Positions 1 through 9,021 are shown, counted from the first letter of the stretch. The stretch: 64,000 nucleotides of DNA from Capsulimonadaceae bacterium (GCA_965215505.1 OZ244065.1:5408001-5472000), one strand, 5' to 3'. A program made the numbers and translations. Notes: generated by a model from the letters alone, not told the origin.

Positions 1-2159
1 AGGCTGTTCCGGGACGCCATCTGCTGTGCGTAGTAAGGCGGCATGGCCCAGACATGGTCCGGTGTAAAGAATATCTGCCCCTGGTCCCATCCGTTGTCAT
101 TCTGCCGCCACGGCTGCAAGCAGTTCGCCGGGCAGTCTGCCAAGACGAAGTCCCCATGCCTTCGCACCGCGTTCAGTACGGAAGCATGGCCGAGGGCGCG
201 CTGCATGTCGTGCAGGCTGCCGTTCTCCTCGAAGATGACGGCGTGCATGGCTGTCCCAAGAACCCACTCCTCGAACCTGCGCTGCATCCGTGTCAACTGC
301 TCGTCAACACCCGCCCCGGAGCGCACATCGTCCGCCCCGACATGGAGGTCCCAGCAGGCACATTCGCCGTTGATCGCCTTGAACACCTTTTCCACACTGG
401 GCGAGTCCGGACGCCACCAGGCCGCGCAGACCAGATTGAGGCGGGAGTCCCGCCCGTGCATCGCTCTGGCGAGCTGCATGAACCGGTCGCTGTAGTGAGC
501 GTAAGCCGCCGGGTCGTCTCCTCCGAGGACTTCCTCGTTGCCGATCTCGATATAGCGTACATGGTAAGGACGCGGGTGTCCGCCGTCGGCGCGCTTCTTC
601 CCCCATACGGTTGTGGCGGGGCCATTCACATAATCTACGAGGTCCGCCGCGTCCTGCGGCGTTTCTTCCGCGTTGATGGCGAACGCCGACTCGATGCGGC
701 CCGCCTCGCAGAAGTTCAGGAAGTCCACGATGCCGAAGCCGTTGGTCGAATACGGATACCAATGTCCCGCATAAGGCGGACGCCGGTCTGGTCCGCCGAC
801 CATGTTCTTCCAGCGGTAGCCGGGTGCGTTGACCATCGTGCCGCCGTAGCGCAGGAACGTCACACCTCCCCGGACTAAAGCATCGGCAATATCTGCGCGG
901 ATCGGCAGGCCGTGAAATCGCTCTGCCCCGACCCCCATCAGCACCGCCTGGTCGGCCCAAAGAGTTCCGGGGCGGTCGATCCAGACAGCAAAGCGTGCGC
1001 TCCTATCCGAAGCGTCCGATGTCAAGGTGAACGGATACTTCGCCCAATCACCTGTGATGTGGCGGAAGGCACGCGCCGCATAAGTCCTCTTCCCATCCGC
1101 GCTCTGCAAAGCGACGGTGACGGGGCCTTGCAGACCCCGGGCGCGGAAGTAAATTCGTCCCGCGAAGGTCTGCCCCTGTTTGACGGCGATCCCCCAGCGA
1201 TTCAAGCCCCGGTTGGCGATTCCCGCCCGGCCCGTTCCAGGCCCATGCTGTATGCGTTGGCAGTACGCCCCGTTAAACGGGCGGCTGTCGTCATGCAGGA
1301 AGTTTGCCGCCGCACCCCCCGTCTGGATGGCGTCCCACCGGCCGCTGACGGAATAACCCGGCAGCGCCTGGAACGGACTTTGGATCACGGCCCGCCCGGT
1401 CTGGATGCGTATGTTCTGATAGCCGGCCTCCGCATTCCAGGTACGCAGGGCCATCCTGCCGGTGAGGATGGGAGCGTCCGTGTCAGTGAAGTCAATGGAA
1501 GGGAGGGTGCTGCCCCCCTCAAAGATGCGTACCCTCGGGCCTTCCAGGACGACCCGCAGGTGATGCCATCGGCCCGCCTCGATGCGCGCCGCCACCGACT
1601 CCAGCGGCCGCCAGTCCTGCCGGTGCTTGCCCAGGATGAGCTGCTGGCTGCTCGCGCTCAGGCTGACCTCGTACCCGGTGAAACTGTCCGCGCCGACGGC
1701 GGGGTGCTGGACGCGCACGAGCAGCCCGGCATTCCCTCCTCCCGTCCCTGGCATCTCGATGTCGGCCTCGACGGTCCCGTCCGCAAAGTCCGGCCCGTCC
1801 CACACCAGCTTCCCACCCGGATCGGCGGCGACCCGGCAGGCCCGCCCGTCCGCCCGCCACGCGCCGCCGTATGCCGTCCAGCCCGCGAAATTCGTTGCCG
1901 CCGGTGGCTCCTCAAAACCCTCCCCGAACAGCTTCTGGTCGTACAGGCCGCCATAGATCTCGTGATTGACGTCCTCGATGCATGAACCGTATAGCCAGGG
2001 GGTGACGTGGTTGATGACGTGCCCGGCGTCTACCATGATGTGGGTTTCCTGGCATCGAGCGGGGGCAGGGACAGCAAGCGCGGCAAACGCCAGGGCCGCG
2101 AGGCAAAAAACTTTAACTGCCCACTCCCCTGCCGCCTCCTGACACGCGCTCCCCCTCAT
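1..2159 (-). CDS. GH51 alpha-L-arabinofuranosidase-like protein, secreted (runs off window start)
   Basis: Not in ORF track because there is no stop in the window. Manual minus-strand translation gives a signal peptide, then PWLYGSCIEDVNHEIYGGLY, LRYGG, YIEIGNEE and IFEENG. The ATG overlaps the halogenase TGA (ATGA). Confidence 0.85.
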   Translation of the reverse strand, partial: MRGSACQEAAGEWAVKVFCLAALAFAALAVPAPARCQETHIMVDAGHVINHVTPWLYGSCIEDVNHEIYGGLYDQKLFGEGFEEPPAATNFAGWTAYGGAWRADGRACRVAADPGGKLVWDGPDFADGTVEADIEMPGTGGGNAGLLVRVQHPAVGADSFTGYEVSLSASSQQLILGKHRQDWRPLESVAARIEAGRWHHLRVVLEGPRVRIFEGGSTLPSIDFTDTDAPILTGRMALRTWNAEAGYQNIRIQTGRAVIQSPFQALPGYSVSGRWDAIQTGGAAANFLHDDSRPFNGAYCQRIQHGPGTGRAGIANRGLNRWGIAVKQGQTFAGRIYFRARGLQGPVTVALQSADGKRTYAARAFRHITGDWAKYPFTLTSDASDRSARFAVWIDRPGTLWADQAVLMGVGAERFHGLPIRADIADALVRGGVTFLRYGGTMVNAPGYRWKNMVGGPDRRPPYAGHWYPYSTNGFGIVDFLNFCEAGRIESAFAINAEETPQDAADLVDYVNGPATTVWGKKRADGGHPRPYHVRYIEIGNEEVLGGDDPAAYAHYSDRFMQLARAMHGRDSRLNLVCAAWWRPDSPSVEKVFKAINGECACWDLHVGADDVRSGAGVDEQLTRMQRRFEEWVLGTAMHAVIFEENGSLHDMQRALGHASVLNAVRRHGDFVLADCPANCLQPWRQNDNGWDQGQIFFTPDHVWAMPPYYAQQMASRNS

Positions 2160-3736
2160 GGTTCCGCTCCCTGCTGGAGATCATTCGGCTGCGCCCATGG
2201 GGCGGTCCGCAGAACGGCCCGCATGGCGTCCGGCGTCATGCCCAGCTTATCCGCATTGGTCACCACGTCGCCGAGGTCTACGCCGTACCAGTTACGCTTG
2301 TGCGGGTCGGCCAGCCCGGCGACGTTCAGGCAGGCGATCTCGTCCGCGACCTGGGCACTGAAGCCGGGCCCCGCCGCTCCCCGCCGGACCCGCGCTGCCG
2401 CACACCGCAGGTTAGGCCCAAATTCAGCGTGGCCGGAGGCCAGGAAGCGGGTAACGAGGTGGGGTCGTTCCAACCGCCGGGCCATCTCGCTGTAGCTGGC
2501 CGCCGCGAAGTAGAACTGCGACAGGGCGGCGAAGATGGGGAAACGCGGCATGGCCGCGTAGCAGGCCCCGATGAAGTCCGCCGTCGCGTCCGCCTCTTGC
2601 AGTGTCAGTGCGCCGTACTCCGCAAGCCTCGTCCCTAGCGTCTCCGTGTCCCAAGTTTCCTCGAAAATGCGCCCCAGGCGCTCGACGCCAAGCAGGGTGA
2701 GTGGAATGCCGGTGCTGAACAGCGGGTCCACGAAGGCCGCCGCCGAGGGCAGCAGCGCCCAACCCGACCCGGCGGCGGTGGGCGCGCGGTATGCGATTCG
2801 GGGCGTGTGGGTGAAGGGCCGCATCGGCACGGCCTCGGCGAACTGCGCGCCAACGGACGGGAATCGTGCCAGGAATCGACACCAGGCTGGCTCGCCTTCC
2901 GCTAGGTTTAGCTCTGCCGCCAGCGCACCCGTGACGGCGATGCCCGCACTCGTGACACCCGTGTCAAAGCGCAGTATCCACATCCATCCGCCCTCAAAGA
3001 CATGATGCACGGCGGCATCGTCGGCGGGGTAGGGGGGCGTGTCTGGATGCGAGAACTCCGGCATCGTGTCGCACCGCCGGACGCCGGCGAAGTGGGAGTA
3101 GAGGCTCTGCGTGGCCGGGTATTCGGCGAAGCCGGCTTCGGGCAGGCCGAGCGCCCTGCTCAGAAACCCGCGTGGCCCCGTCGCATCTATGACCAGCCGC
3201 GTCCGCACGGCGAACGCCTCCCCGGCTCGCTCCCCGGCCACCGTCGCCGTGCCGTCGCCGTGCCACACGGGCGCTGTCAGCGTCACCCCGTCCCAATACT
3301 CCGCCCCGACGCCGACCGCCTCACCCACCAGGAACTCATCCACATCGGCCCGCAGCCAGTGCGTGTCCGCCGCCTCATCGTGCGGGCTGGCCGCGACCAT
3401 GAGCTGGTCGCTCCGGTCCGGCGTAGCCCGAAATGCCTGCCCCTGCTCGTGGTGGAAATAAGTAAAACCGCGCTTCAGCCCACAGCCGACATGTGGGTAG
3501 GCGCGCTGCCACGGCCCATACGCGGACAGCGGCAGCAGGCGGGGGAGGTCATAGCGCGTGGCGAGCTGTTCCAGAAGCAGGTTCGCGAGCGGGGAAGTAG
3601 ACTCGCCGATGGCGAAGCGCGGGTGTTTGCCCTTTTCGAGCAGTAGCACGGACAGGCCGATGCGGCGGGCGACCATCGCCAATAGCGAGCCGCCGTAGCC
3701 GGAGCCGATGATCGTCAGGTCATAGTCGGTGTTCAT
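2156..3736 (-). CDS. Flavin-dependent halogenase, PrnC/CtcP-like
   Basis: GSGYGG FAD motif, HPRFAIGES, GLKRGF (catalytic Lys position), GGWMWI (WxWxI), AFVDPLFSTG. Confidence 0.85.
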   Translation of the reverse strand: MNTDYDLTIIGSGYGGSLLAMVARRIGLSVLLLEKGKHPRFAIGESTSPLANLLLEQLATRYDLPRLLPLSAYGPWQRAYPHVGCGLKRGFTYFHHEQGQAFRATPDRSDQLMVAASPHDEAADTHWLRADVDEFLVGEAVGVGAEYWDGVTLTAPVWHGDGTATVAGERAGEAFAVRTRLVIDATGPRGFLSRALGLPEAGFAEYPATQSLYSHFAGVRRCDTMPEFSHPDTPPYPADDAAVHHVFEGGWMWILRFDTGVTSAGIAVTGALAAELNLAEGEPAWCRFLARFPSVGAQFAEAVPMRPFTHTPRIAYRAPTAAGSGWALLPSAAAFVDPLFSTGIPLTLLGVERLGRIFEETWDTETLGTRLAEYGALTLQEADATADFIGACYAAMPRFPIFAALSQFYFAAASYSEMARRLERPHLVTRFLASGHAEFGPNLRCAAARVRRGAAGPGFSAQVADEIACLNVAGLADPHKRNWYGVDLGDVVTNADKLGMTPDAMRAVLRTAPWAQPNDLQQGAEP

Positions 3737-3749
3737 GGCGCGCGCCGTT

Positions 3750-4790
3750 CTAATTAAGCCTTCGTACAGAAGGGCGGGGGCCCTCCCCTACGCCGCCCGT
3801 GTAGGGGCGCGATTCATCGCGCCCTCTTGTCTCATCTTCCGCCTGTTCACACTCCGCGCATACCACCAGCGGTGGCACCTGCTGCGTCCGGTTCATCCCG
3901 GCCAGCCGCGCCGCGCGGGCTGGGGAGCAGGCGCAGGTGTAAAACTTCTCGATGTCCCACAGGTCGGCGAAGACGCAGCCCCGTTTTAGCCCAAGGCCGT
4001 ATTCCTGCACCGCTTCCAGCGAGGGCAGGGTCGGCGGGGAGTAGTCGCCCGAGGCGGCCAGCGCCTCCATCGCGCCGTTCCCGGCCCGTGTCGGGATGAC
4101 GCAGCAGACGGACGCGCCGCCTTCAAAGGCAGCGTCGAGGGAGCGTTTGGCCCAAATGATGCCCTCGGCTTCGGTCAGGAACGGGGGGCGCAGGAGCAGG
4201 AAGACGCGCAGGGCGATGTCATTATCGGCAAGGAAGGCCGCCGCGCGCTCAAAGTCCGCGACGGTGAACCGCTTGTTCAGCCGGGCCAGGACGTCCGGGT
4301 GAACCGTTTCCAGGCCGACGGCGACTTCCAGACGCGCGGCCAGCAGATCACGGAAGCGCAGGCAGTGGTCGCCCAGCAGGGCGGGATGGCACTCGACGAC
4401 CACGCGCTCGAAGCCGCGCACGGCCTCGGCGATCTCGGCGTAGTCTTCGGGCGGGACGGCCTGCGGGTCGAAGAAGCTGCCCGCGTTGTAGAGCTTGACC
4501 TGCCGCGCAGGCGGCAGCCGGTCGAGCGCATAACGGATTTGCGCGGCGATGGCCCCGCTCGGGACGCGGGTGTCCAGCGTGTTCTGCCATAGATCGCACA
4601 TCAGGCACCGGTACGGGCACTCGCGGTTCGTCAGGAAGACCGTCGCCGTCGGGATGGTTCCCCCCAAAGGCCCCGCCTCCTCCTCCCACAAGAAGGCGTA
4701 GGAACGCATCGGGTCGAGCGCGTTCTTCGGGCCGCGCCTCCCAACAATCCAGCGGGTGCGCTCGCTCGGGGAGGCAGGATAGGCGGTCAT
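3750..4790 (-). CDS. Radical SAM protein, RaSEA (TIGR01210)-like
   Basis: CPYRCLMC motif; KLYNAGSFFD, VECHP, EVAVGLET and LLLRPPFLTE match archaeal RaSEA-type blocks. Start MTAYP overlaps the upstream stop. Confidence 0.85.
   Translation of the reverse strand: MTAYPASPSERTRWIVGRRGPKNALDPMRSYAFLWEEEAGPLGGTIPTATVFLTNRECPYRCLMCDLWQNTLDTRVPSGAIAAQIRYALDRLPPARQVKLYNAGSFFDPQAVPPEDYAEIAEAVRGFERVVVECHPALLGDHCLRFRDLLAARLEVAVGLETVHPDVLARLNKRFTVADFERAAAFLADNDIALRVFLLLRPPFLTEAEGIIWAKRSLDAAFEGGASVCCVIPTRAGNGAMEALAASGDYSPPTLPSLEAVQEYGLGLKRGCVFADLWDIEKFYTCACSPARAARLAGMNRTQQVPPLVVCAECEQAEDETRGRDESRPYTGGVGEGPRPSVRRLN
3770..3824. repeat. GTAG-type REP doublet inside the 3' end of the radical SAM ORF
   Basis: GTAGGGGCGCGATTCATCGCGCCC at 3801-3824 and inverted GTAGGGGAGGGCCCCCGCCCTT at about 3770-3791. 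Confidence 0.65.
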
Positions 4791-6199
4791 CGGGCGACGG
4801 GGAACGGGCGCGACAGGTCGTTGCCGGAGAAGCGCTCGCCGGCCGGGTCCCATGCTTCGCGCAGGCGGTCCTGCCACTGGCGCAGGAAGACCGACCGGCA
4901 CCACGCCTTGCTGACGCGCCACTTGCGGTAGGTGTCGCCGCCTGCCCCGTTTACGTCCCCGCCGACGCCGTCCTGGAACCGGCGCTTGGGCGGGGTGGGC
5001 ATTGTGATCCCGGTCACGGCTAAGACGCCTGCACGGACGATGTCGGCCTTCAAAGTGTACAGCCGCTCGACGCTGCCGTCTAATATCTCCTCGAAGGGAA
5101 TAGCGAGCGAGGCGGCCAGGGCCGCCCGGTCGGTGTAGGGGGAGAAAGCATCAAAGCCGAAGTGCTGCCCCGGCGCGTAGGTGCGGACGTAGGAGCGCGA
5201 CAGGCCGCCCGAGTAGGTCAGGCTGTGCTTGATGGCGTCCACGCCCCAGCCCTCCTGGTACAGCAAGGGGTTCCGCAGGACGCTGGACAGGGTCAGATCG
5301 GAGTCCTCCAGCGGGTAGTCCTTCAGGTTTTCGTCGCCGCCGTCGCCGTCGAGCAGGTACTTCATCGCCGGGTAGCGGTCGCGGATGCCGCGCAGGAGGC
5401 ACAGGGCGACGGCGGCGCACTCGACATCTAAGGGATGGTAGTCCTCGATGACTTGGATGGCTTCTTCCATGTCAACTGACTCGGCACTTGCCTTGACGAC
5501 TTCCCACTGGCCCGCCAGCCCCAGTTCACGCACGATGCCTTCGGCCTGGGCGGCGTCCTGGCCGCCGCCGAGGTCCAGGGTGAAGCCGCGGACCATGTCC
5601 GGGTCACGGCCCATCAGCGTCAGGGCGTGGCGGGCCAGCAGGAAGACCGAAGTGCTGTCCACGCCGCCCGAAAAGGCCAGCCCGATCGGCTCGCCCTCGG
5701 GGATCGTGCCGAGCCAGCGCGTCAAGGCTTCCAGGGCCGCCGCGACGTAGGCCGCGCCCAGGGCTTCCACGTCGGCGGGACCCGTGCCGATGGCGGGGTG
5801 GAAGAACCGGTGGTAGCGCGGGGCCGGGTCGGGGCAGCCGATCTGGTCTATCTCGATCAGGTAGTGGGCGGGCACCATGCGCGTGTAGAGCGGGTCGAAC
5901 TGCCACCCGATCTTCTCCGAGCGGCACCACTCGAACAGCGAGTCGATGCGGTCCGAGGCGATCAGGAACGGCCCGTGGAACATCTTGGCGACGAAGTAGC
6001 GCAGGGGGGCGCCGACCGTGCGCGCCATCCGCACCGTCTGCCCGTCGCGGGCCGTGGCCGCGAAATGTCCCTGCGCCCGGCCCAAAGTCTCTACATCGCC
6101 CGCCCGCACCGCCTCAGTCAACTGCGTCGGCGTCAAGGCCGGCATCGCGGACTGCTGTGGGCCGACCAGGTCCACCAAACGCTCCACACCTAATAACAT
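4787..6199 (-). CDS. Asparagine synthetase-like ATP-dependent amide ligase (no N-terminal Cys)
   Basis: AFSGGVDST PP-loop, DGDGGDE, KRRFQDG; degenerate Ntn domain. Confidence 0.85.
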   Translation of the reverse strand: MLLGVERLVDLVGPQQSAMPALTPTQLTEAVRAGDVETLGRAQGHFAATARDGQTVRMARTVGAPLRYFVAKMFHGPFLIASDRIDSLFEWCRSEKIGWQFDPLYTRMVPAHYLIEIDQIGCPDPAPRYHRFFHPAIGTGPADVEALGAAYVAAALEALTRWLGTIPEGEPIGLAFSGGVDSTSVFLLARHALTLMGRDPDMVRGFTLDLGGGQDAAQAEGIVRELGLAGQWEVVKASAESVDMEEAIQVIEDYHPLDVECAAVALCLLRGIRDRYPAMKYLLDGDGGDENLKDYPLEDSDLTLSSVLRNPLLYQEGWGVDAIKHSLTYSGGLSRSYVRTYAPGQHFGFDAFSPYTDRAALAASLAIPFEEILDGSVERLYTLKADIVRAGVLAVTGITMPTPPKRRFQDGVGGDVNGAGGDTYRKWRVSKAWCRSVFLRQWQDRLREAWDPAGERFSGNDLSRPFPVAR

Positions 6200-6282
6200 T
6201 GGAAGGTCTCCATCCTAACGGGACGATAATGATAGGCTTGATTATACCTGCACGGACCGGCTATTTGACCGACGATGCGGGC

Positions 6283-6603
6283 CTAGACGGTCAGCCCGGC
6301 CAGCGGGTTCCCACCAGCGGTGGGCGGGGCAACCGCTGTGACGCTGTCGGAGTCCTGGCTGATGCGCCCAATCGCCGCCACCGTCTTGTTCAGTGACGCG
6401 CCCGCAATGGGCGGGGCCGCGCCCGGCGGCAGCGGCATCTTTTCCGCCGCCACTGTCAGCGCGACCTCCCCCTCGGGTGGCCTGACGGCGGCCAGCGCGG
6501 CGGCGAGTGTGAGCGGCTTGACGGGTGCAGCCTCCTGGGCCGGGGCCGCCAGTGGGAGGAAGGCCAGGACCGGCAGCAAGGGGGCGAAGCGGGCAAGGGC
6601 CAT
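6283..6603 (-). CDS. Short secreted hypothetical protein, possibly a gene fragment
   Basis: Signal peptide MALARFAPLLPVLAFLPLAAPAQE; AGGAGG RBS upstream. Confidence 0.5.
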   Translation of the reverse strand: MALARFAPLLPVLAFLPLAAPAQEAAPVKPLTLAAALAAVRPPEGEVALTVAAEKMPLPPGAAPPIAGASLNKTVAAIGRISQDSDSVTAVAPPTAGGNPLAGLTV

Positions 6604-6613
6604 GGAAGACCTC

Positions 6614-8554
6614 CTAAGAAGCGGGCGGCGCTTGGAACCGGCGCACATGATAGGTGGGCAGGCTGCCGAAGTCGCGGGCCAGGTCGAGCGTGCCGATGTA
6701 CTCGCAGGCGAAGGCGGGCCGCCACTCCCGCCCCGCCTGTCGGGCCTCATGGGCGGCGGCCTGCTGCTCCGCCGTCAGCAGGGCGGCGAACTGCTCCGAG
6801 GCGTAGATGTTGCCCGGAACCGTGACCGGCTCGATGCGGGCCGCCCGGTTGACGTGCGAGCCGTAGTAGTTGAGCGCGCCGGTGATCGGGTCTATCCCCT
6901 CGAAGACCGGCCCGGCGTGCAGGCCGATGCGGATGCTCATCTCGCGCGGCAGGCCGTACTCGGCCCAGTCGGTGTCGCAGACGACCTCCTGGAGCGCCAG
7001 GGCGTATTCGGCCAGCCGGGTGGCGTCGTCCATCAGGACGAAGATGGCGTCCCCCCAGGTGTTGACGAACCCGTCCGTCGGCGGCAGGCTCCCCGCCACG
7101 CGCTCCAGGAAGCTGAACATGAAGGCCGGCATCCGGTCCTCCTGGAGCTGGCTGTAGCCGACCACGTCGGCGAAAAGCAGCGTCTTGACCTGACGGCGGA
7201 TCGCGGCTTCGGTGCGCGGGGCGTGTGGCTGCGGAAGGTGCGGGGCGGGCGTGACGCCGGGCTGAGACGGGGGGCCGAGCGGGATGACGCGGCGGCGGGC
7301 TGGGTCGGGCCAGCCCGCCACCAGGTCGGCCGTCCCGCCTGCCAATGCGCTCTCCCGGCCGTCCCAGACCGCCAGCAGGACGGGGGCGGCCCCCAGCGGC
7401 TGGGCGGCCAGCGTCGCGTACCCGAGCAGCATCCGGCCCATCCAGGCGAAGAGGCTGTCATCGCCCTGCACCGACTCTTCACTGAGGTACTTGACCGAGG
7501 CGGCCCGCCCCAGCGCCGCCTCGAAACGGGCGACCCACTGCGGGCCGGCATAGCGGACGCTGGCGTCGAGGAAATCAGCCGGGGAATAGGGCAGCACGAG
7601 ATGGACCTCGGCACCGCGCGCCTGCATCGCCTCGATGAACAGCAGGTCCGACCCGCAGGCCGCCGAGCAGTAGCCGATCCGGGCGTCCGTCTCCTCCAGG
7701 TGCCGGACGATCTCGGCCCGCACGGCCTCTTCCTGGGACTCGGGGAATCGCGGGACGGCTCGGCCCGGTCGGTCCAGCATGTGGCCGACGAACACCAGTA
7801 CGGCGGGAGGCGTCATCATCTGAAGGAGCGGGTCGGGGACGGGGAACCCGTGGGCGGCCAGGAGTTGGAGCTGCCGGCGGGAGGCGGCGACGGCCCCGTA
7901 GCGCCGCCCCGCCAGCGAGGCGGCGCGCGCGTAAGCCGCCTGCGCTTCCGCCCCCCGGCCGAGCAGCAGGAATGCCTCGCCGCGCGTCGCCCAATGCCAG
8001 TACCGGTCGGCTTCGGAACCGGGAGCGGCCTGCCCGGTGGCCTCCAGCACCGACCCGGCGAGCCGAGCCGCCTGCGCCCGGTCGCCGACGATCCAGGACA
8101 GCGTCGCGGCATTGATGCCGGTCCAGGAGCCGCCCGACGCCTCGAACCCGCGCCCGTAGGCGTCGCGGGCGCATCGGGCGTCCTCCACCCGCCCCGAACG
8201 ACGCCACACGTCCTTGTAGACGCGGGCGATCAGCCCCAGCGTCTCCTCGTCCGCCTCCGCCCCATGGCGCAGGGGCACGCTGTCCCTCCGCATCGGCGCG
8301 GGGTAGAGGTCTTCCAGAACGCCCTGGGCCTCCGCCAGTGCGCCCGCGCGCAGCAGGGCCAGGGCGGTCGCCTGACGCAGCCGCGCGCTGTCCGGGAACC
8401 GGCGCAGCGCCTTCTGCGCCAGGTCGTGCGCCCTAAACGTCTGGCCCTGGTCGAGCATCGTCCGGACCGCCGCCTCGGCCTCCGCCTGGGAAGAAGGAAA
8501 GTCGGGCGGCTGCGGCGAACGGGGATCTAGCGACTGGCTGGGAAGTAAAGGCAT
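6614..8554 (-). CDS. TPR (TRAF-binding/TPR-S-like) + SLOG-like + class III nucleotidyl cyclase
   Basis: TPR: EETLGLIARVYKD, GINAATL, YWHWATRGEA. SLOG-like: FVGHMLD...SAACGSDLLF...VHLVLP. Cyclase: LFADVVGYS, NTWGDA, RIGLHAGPV, GSHVNRAARIE. Confidence 0.9.
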   Translation of the reverse strand: MPLLPSQSLDPRSPQPPDFPSSQAEAEAAVRTMLDQGQTFRAHDLAQKALRRFPDSARLRQATALALLRAGALAEAQGVLEDLYPAPMRRDSVPLRHGAEADEETLGLIARVYKDVWRRSGRVEDARCARDAYGRGFEASGGSWTGINAATLSWIVGDRAQAARLAGSVLEATGQAAPGSEADRYWHWATRGEAFLLLGRGAEAQAAYARAASLAGRRYGAVAASRRQLQLLAAHGFPVPDPLLQMMTPPAVLVFVGHMLDRPGRAVPRFPESQEEAVRAEIVRHLEETDARIGYCSAACGSDLLFIEAMQARGAEVHLVLPYSPADFLDASVRYAGPQWVARFEAALGRAASVKYLSEESVQGDDSLFAWMGRMLLGYATLAAQPLGAAPVLLAVWDGRESALAGGTADLVAGWPDPARRRVIPLGPPSQPGVTPAPHLPQPHAPRTEAAIRRQVKTLLFADVVGYSQLQEDRMPAFMFSFLERVAGSLPPTDGFVNTWGDAIFVLMDDATRLAEYALALQEVVCDTDWAEYGLPREMSIRIGLHAGPVFEGIDPITGALNYYGSHVNRAARIEPVTVPGNIYASEQFAALLTAEQQAAAHEARQAGREWRPAFACEYIGTLDLARDFGSLPTYHVRRFQAPPAS

Positions 8555-8593
8555 TCGGTTCTCCGCGCCCGCGAGAATGAGTACAGCAATAGT

Positions 8594-8932
8594 ATGACTG
8601 CAAGACCGGAAAAACGCAAGGCCGCTTTCTCCAAGGCAGCACAGTATGTGCCGGCCCCGCGCGACACCTCCGCCGTCCACCTCACCGCCGAGATGAGCGC
8701 CCTGACGGAAGACCTGGCGAAGAACACGCACGAAGTCTGGGCGGCCCAGCGCATGGCCGAGGGCTGGCGCTACGGGCCGTGCCGGGATGAGGAGCGCATG
8801 GAACACCCCGGACTCGTCCCCTACGAGGACCTGCCCGACTCGGAGAAGGAGTACGACCGCAGCACCGCCCTGGAGACCCTGCGGCTGATCCTCGCCCTGG
8901 GCTACAGCATCTGCCGCGCCGACCCCCCGTGA
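8594..8932 (+). CDS. Stand-alone RyR (ryanodine receptor repeat) domain protein
   Basis: YVPAPRDTS...LAKNTHEVWAAQRMAEGWRYGPCRD...HPGLVPYEDLPDSEKEYDR...LALGYSI is the RyR domain signature. Confidence 0.9.
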   Translation: MTARPEKRKAAFSKAAQYVPAPRDTSAVHLTAEMSALTEDLAKNTHEVWAAQRMAEGWRYGPCRDEERMEHPGLVPYEDLPDSEKEYDRSTALETLRLILALGYSICRADPP

Positions 8933-8955
8933 TACCCCCAGGATGAACGCCTGGG

Positions 8956-8998
8956 CGTGAAACATGTCACACCCGGTGCGATGTTTCTGCTGTATAAT
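8956..8998 (+). promoter_or_regulatory. CRP/FNR-type box with class II promoter geometry
   Basis: CGTGA-AACATG-TCACA at 8956-8971 (9/10 to TGTGA-N6-TCACA) and TATAAT at 8993-8998. The box centre is -41.5 from the predicted +1 at 9005. Confidence 0.65.
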
Positions 8999-9021
8999 GT
9001 ACCGGAAGAGAAACACATCCC

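Noticed and set aside
4787-6603. Lasso peptide or RiPP interpretation of the AsnB-like gene
   Set aside because: No leader peptidase, RRE or precursor-like ORF is visible; the upstream short ORF has a Sec signal.
6320-8530. 736-aa plus-strand ORF
   Set aside because: Antisense shadow of the cyclase gene in high-GC DNA; no motifs.
8555-9016. N-terminal extension of the cyclase ORF
   Set aside because: Antisense to the RyR gene and its downstream promoter.
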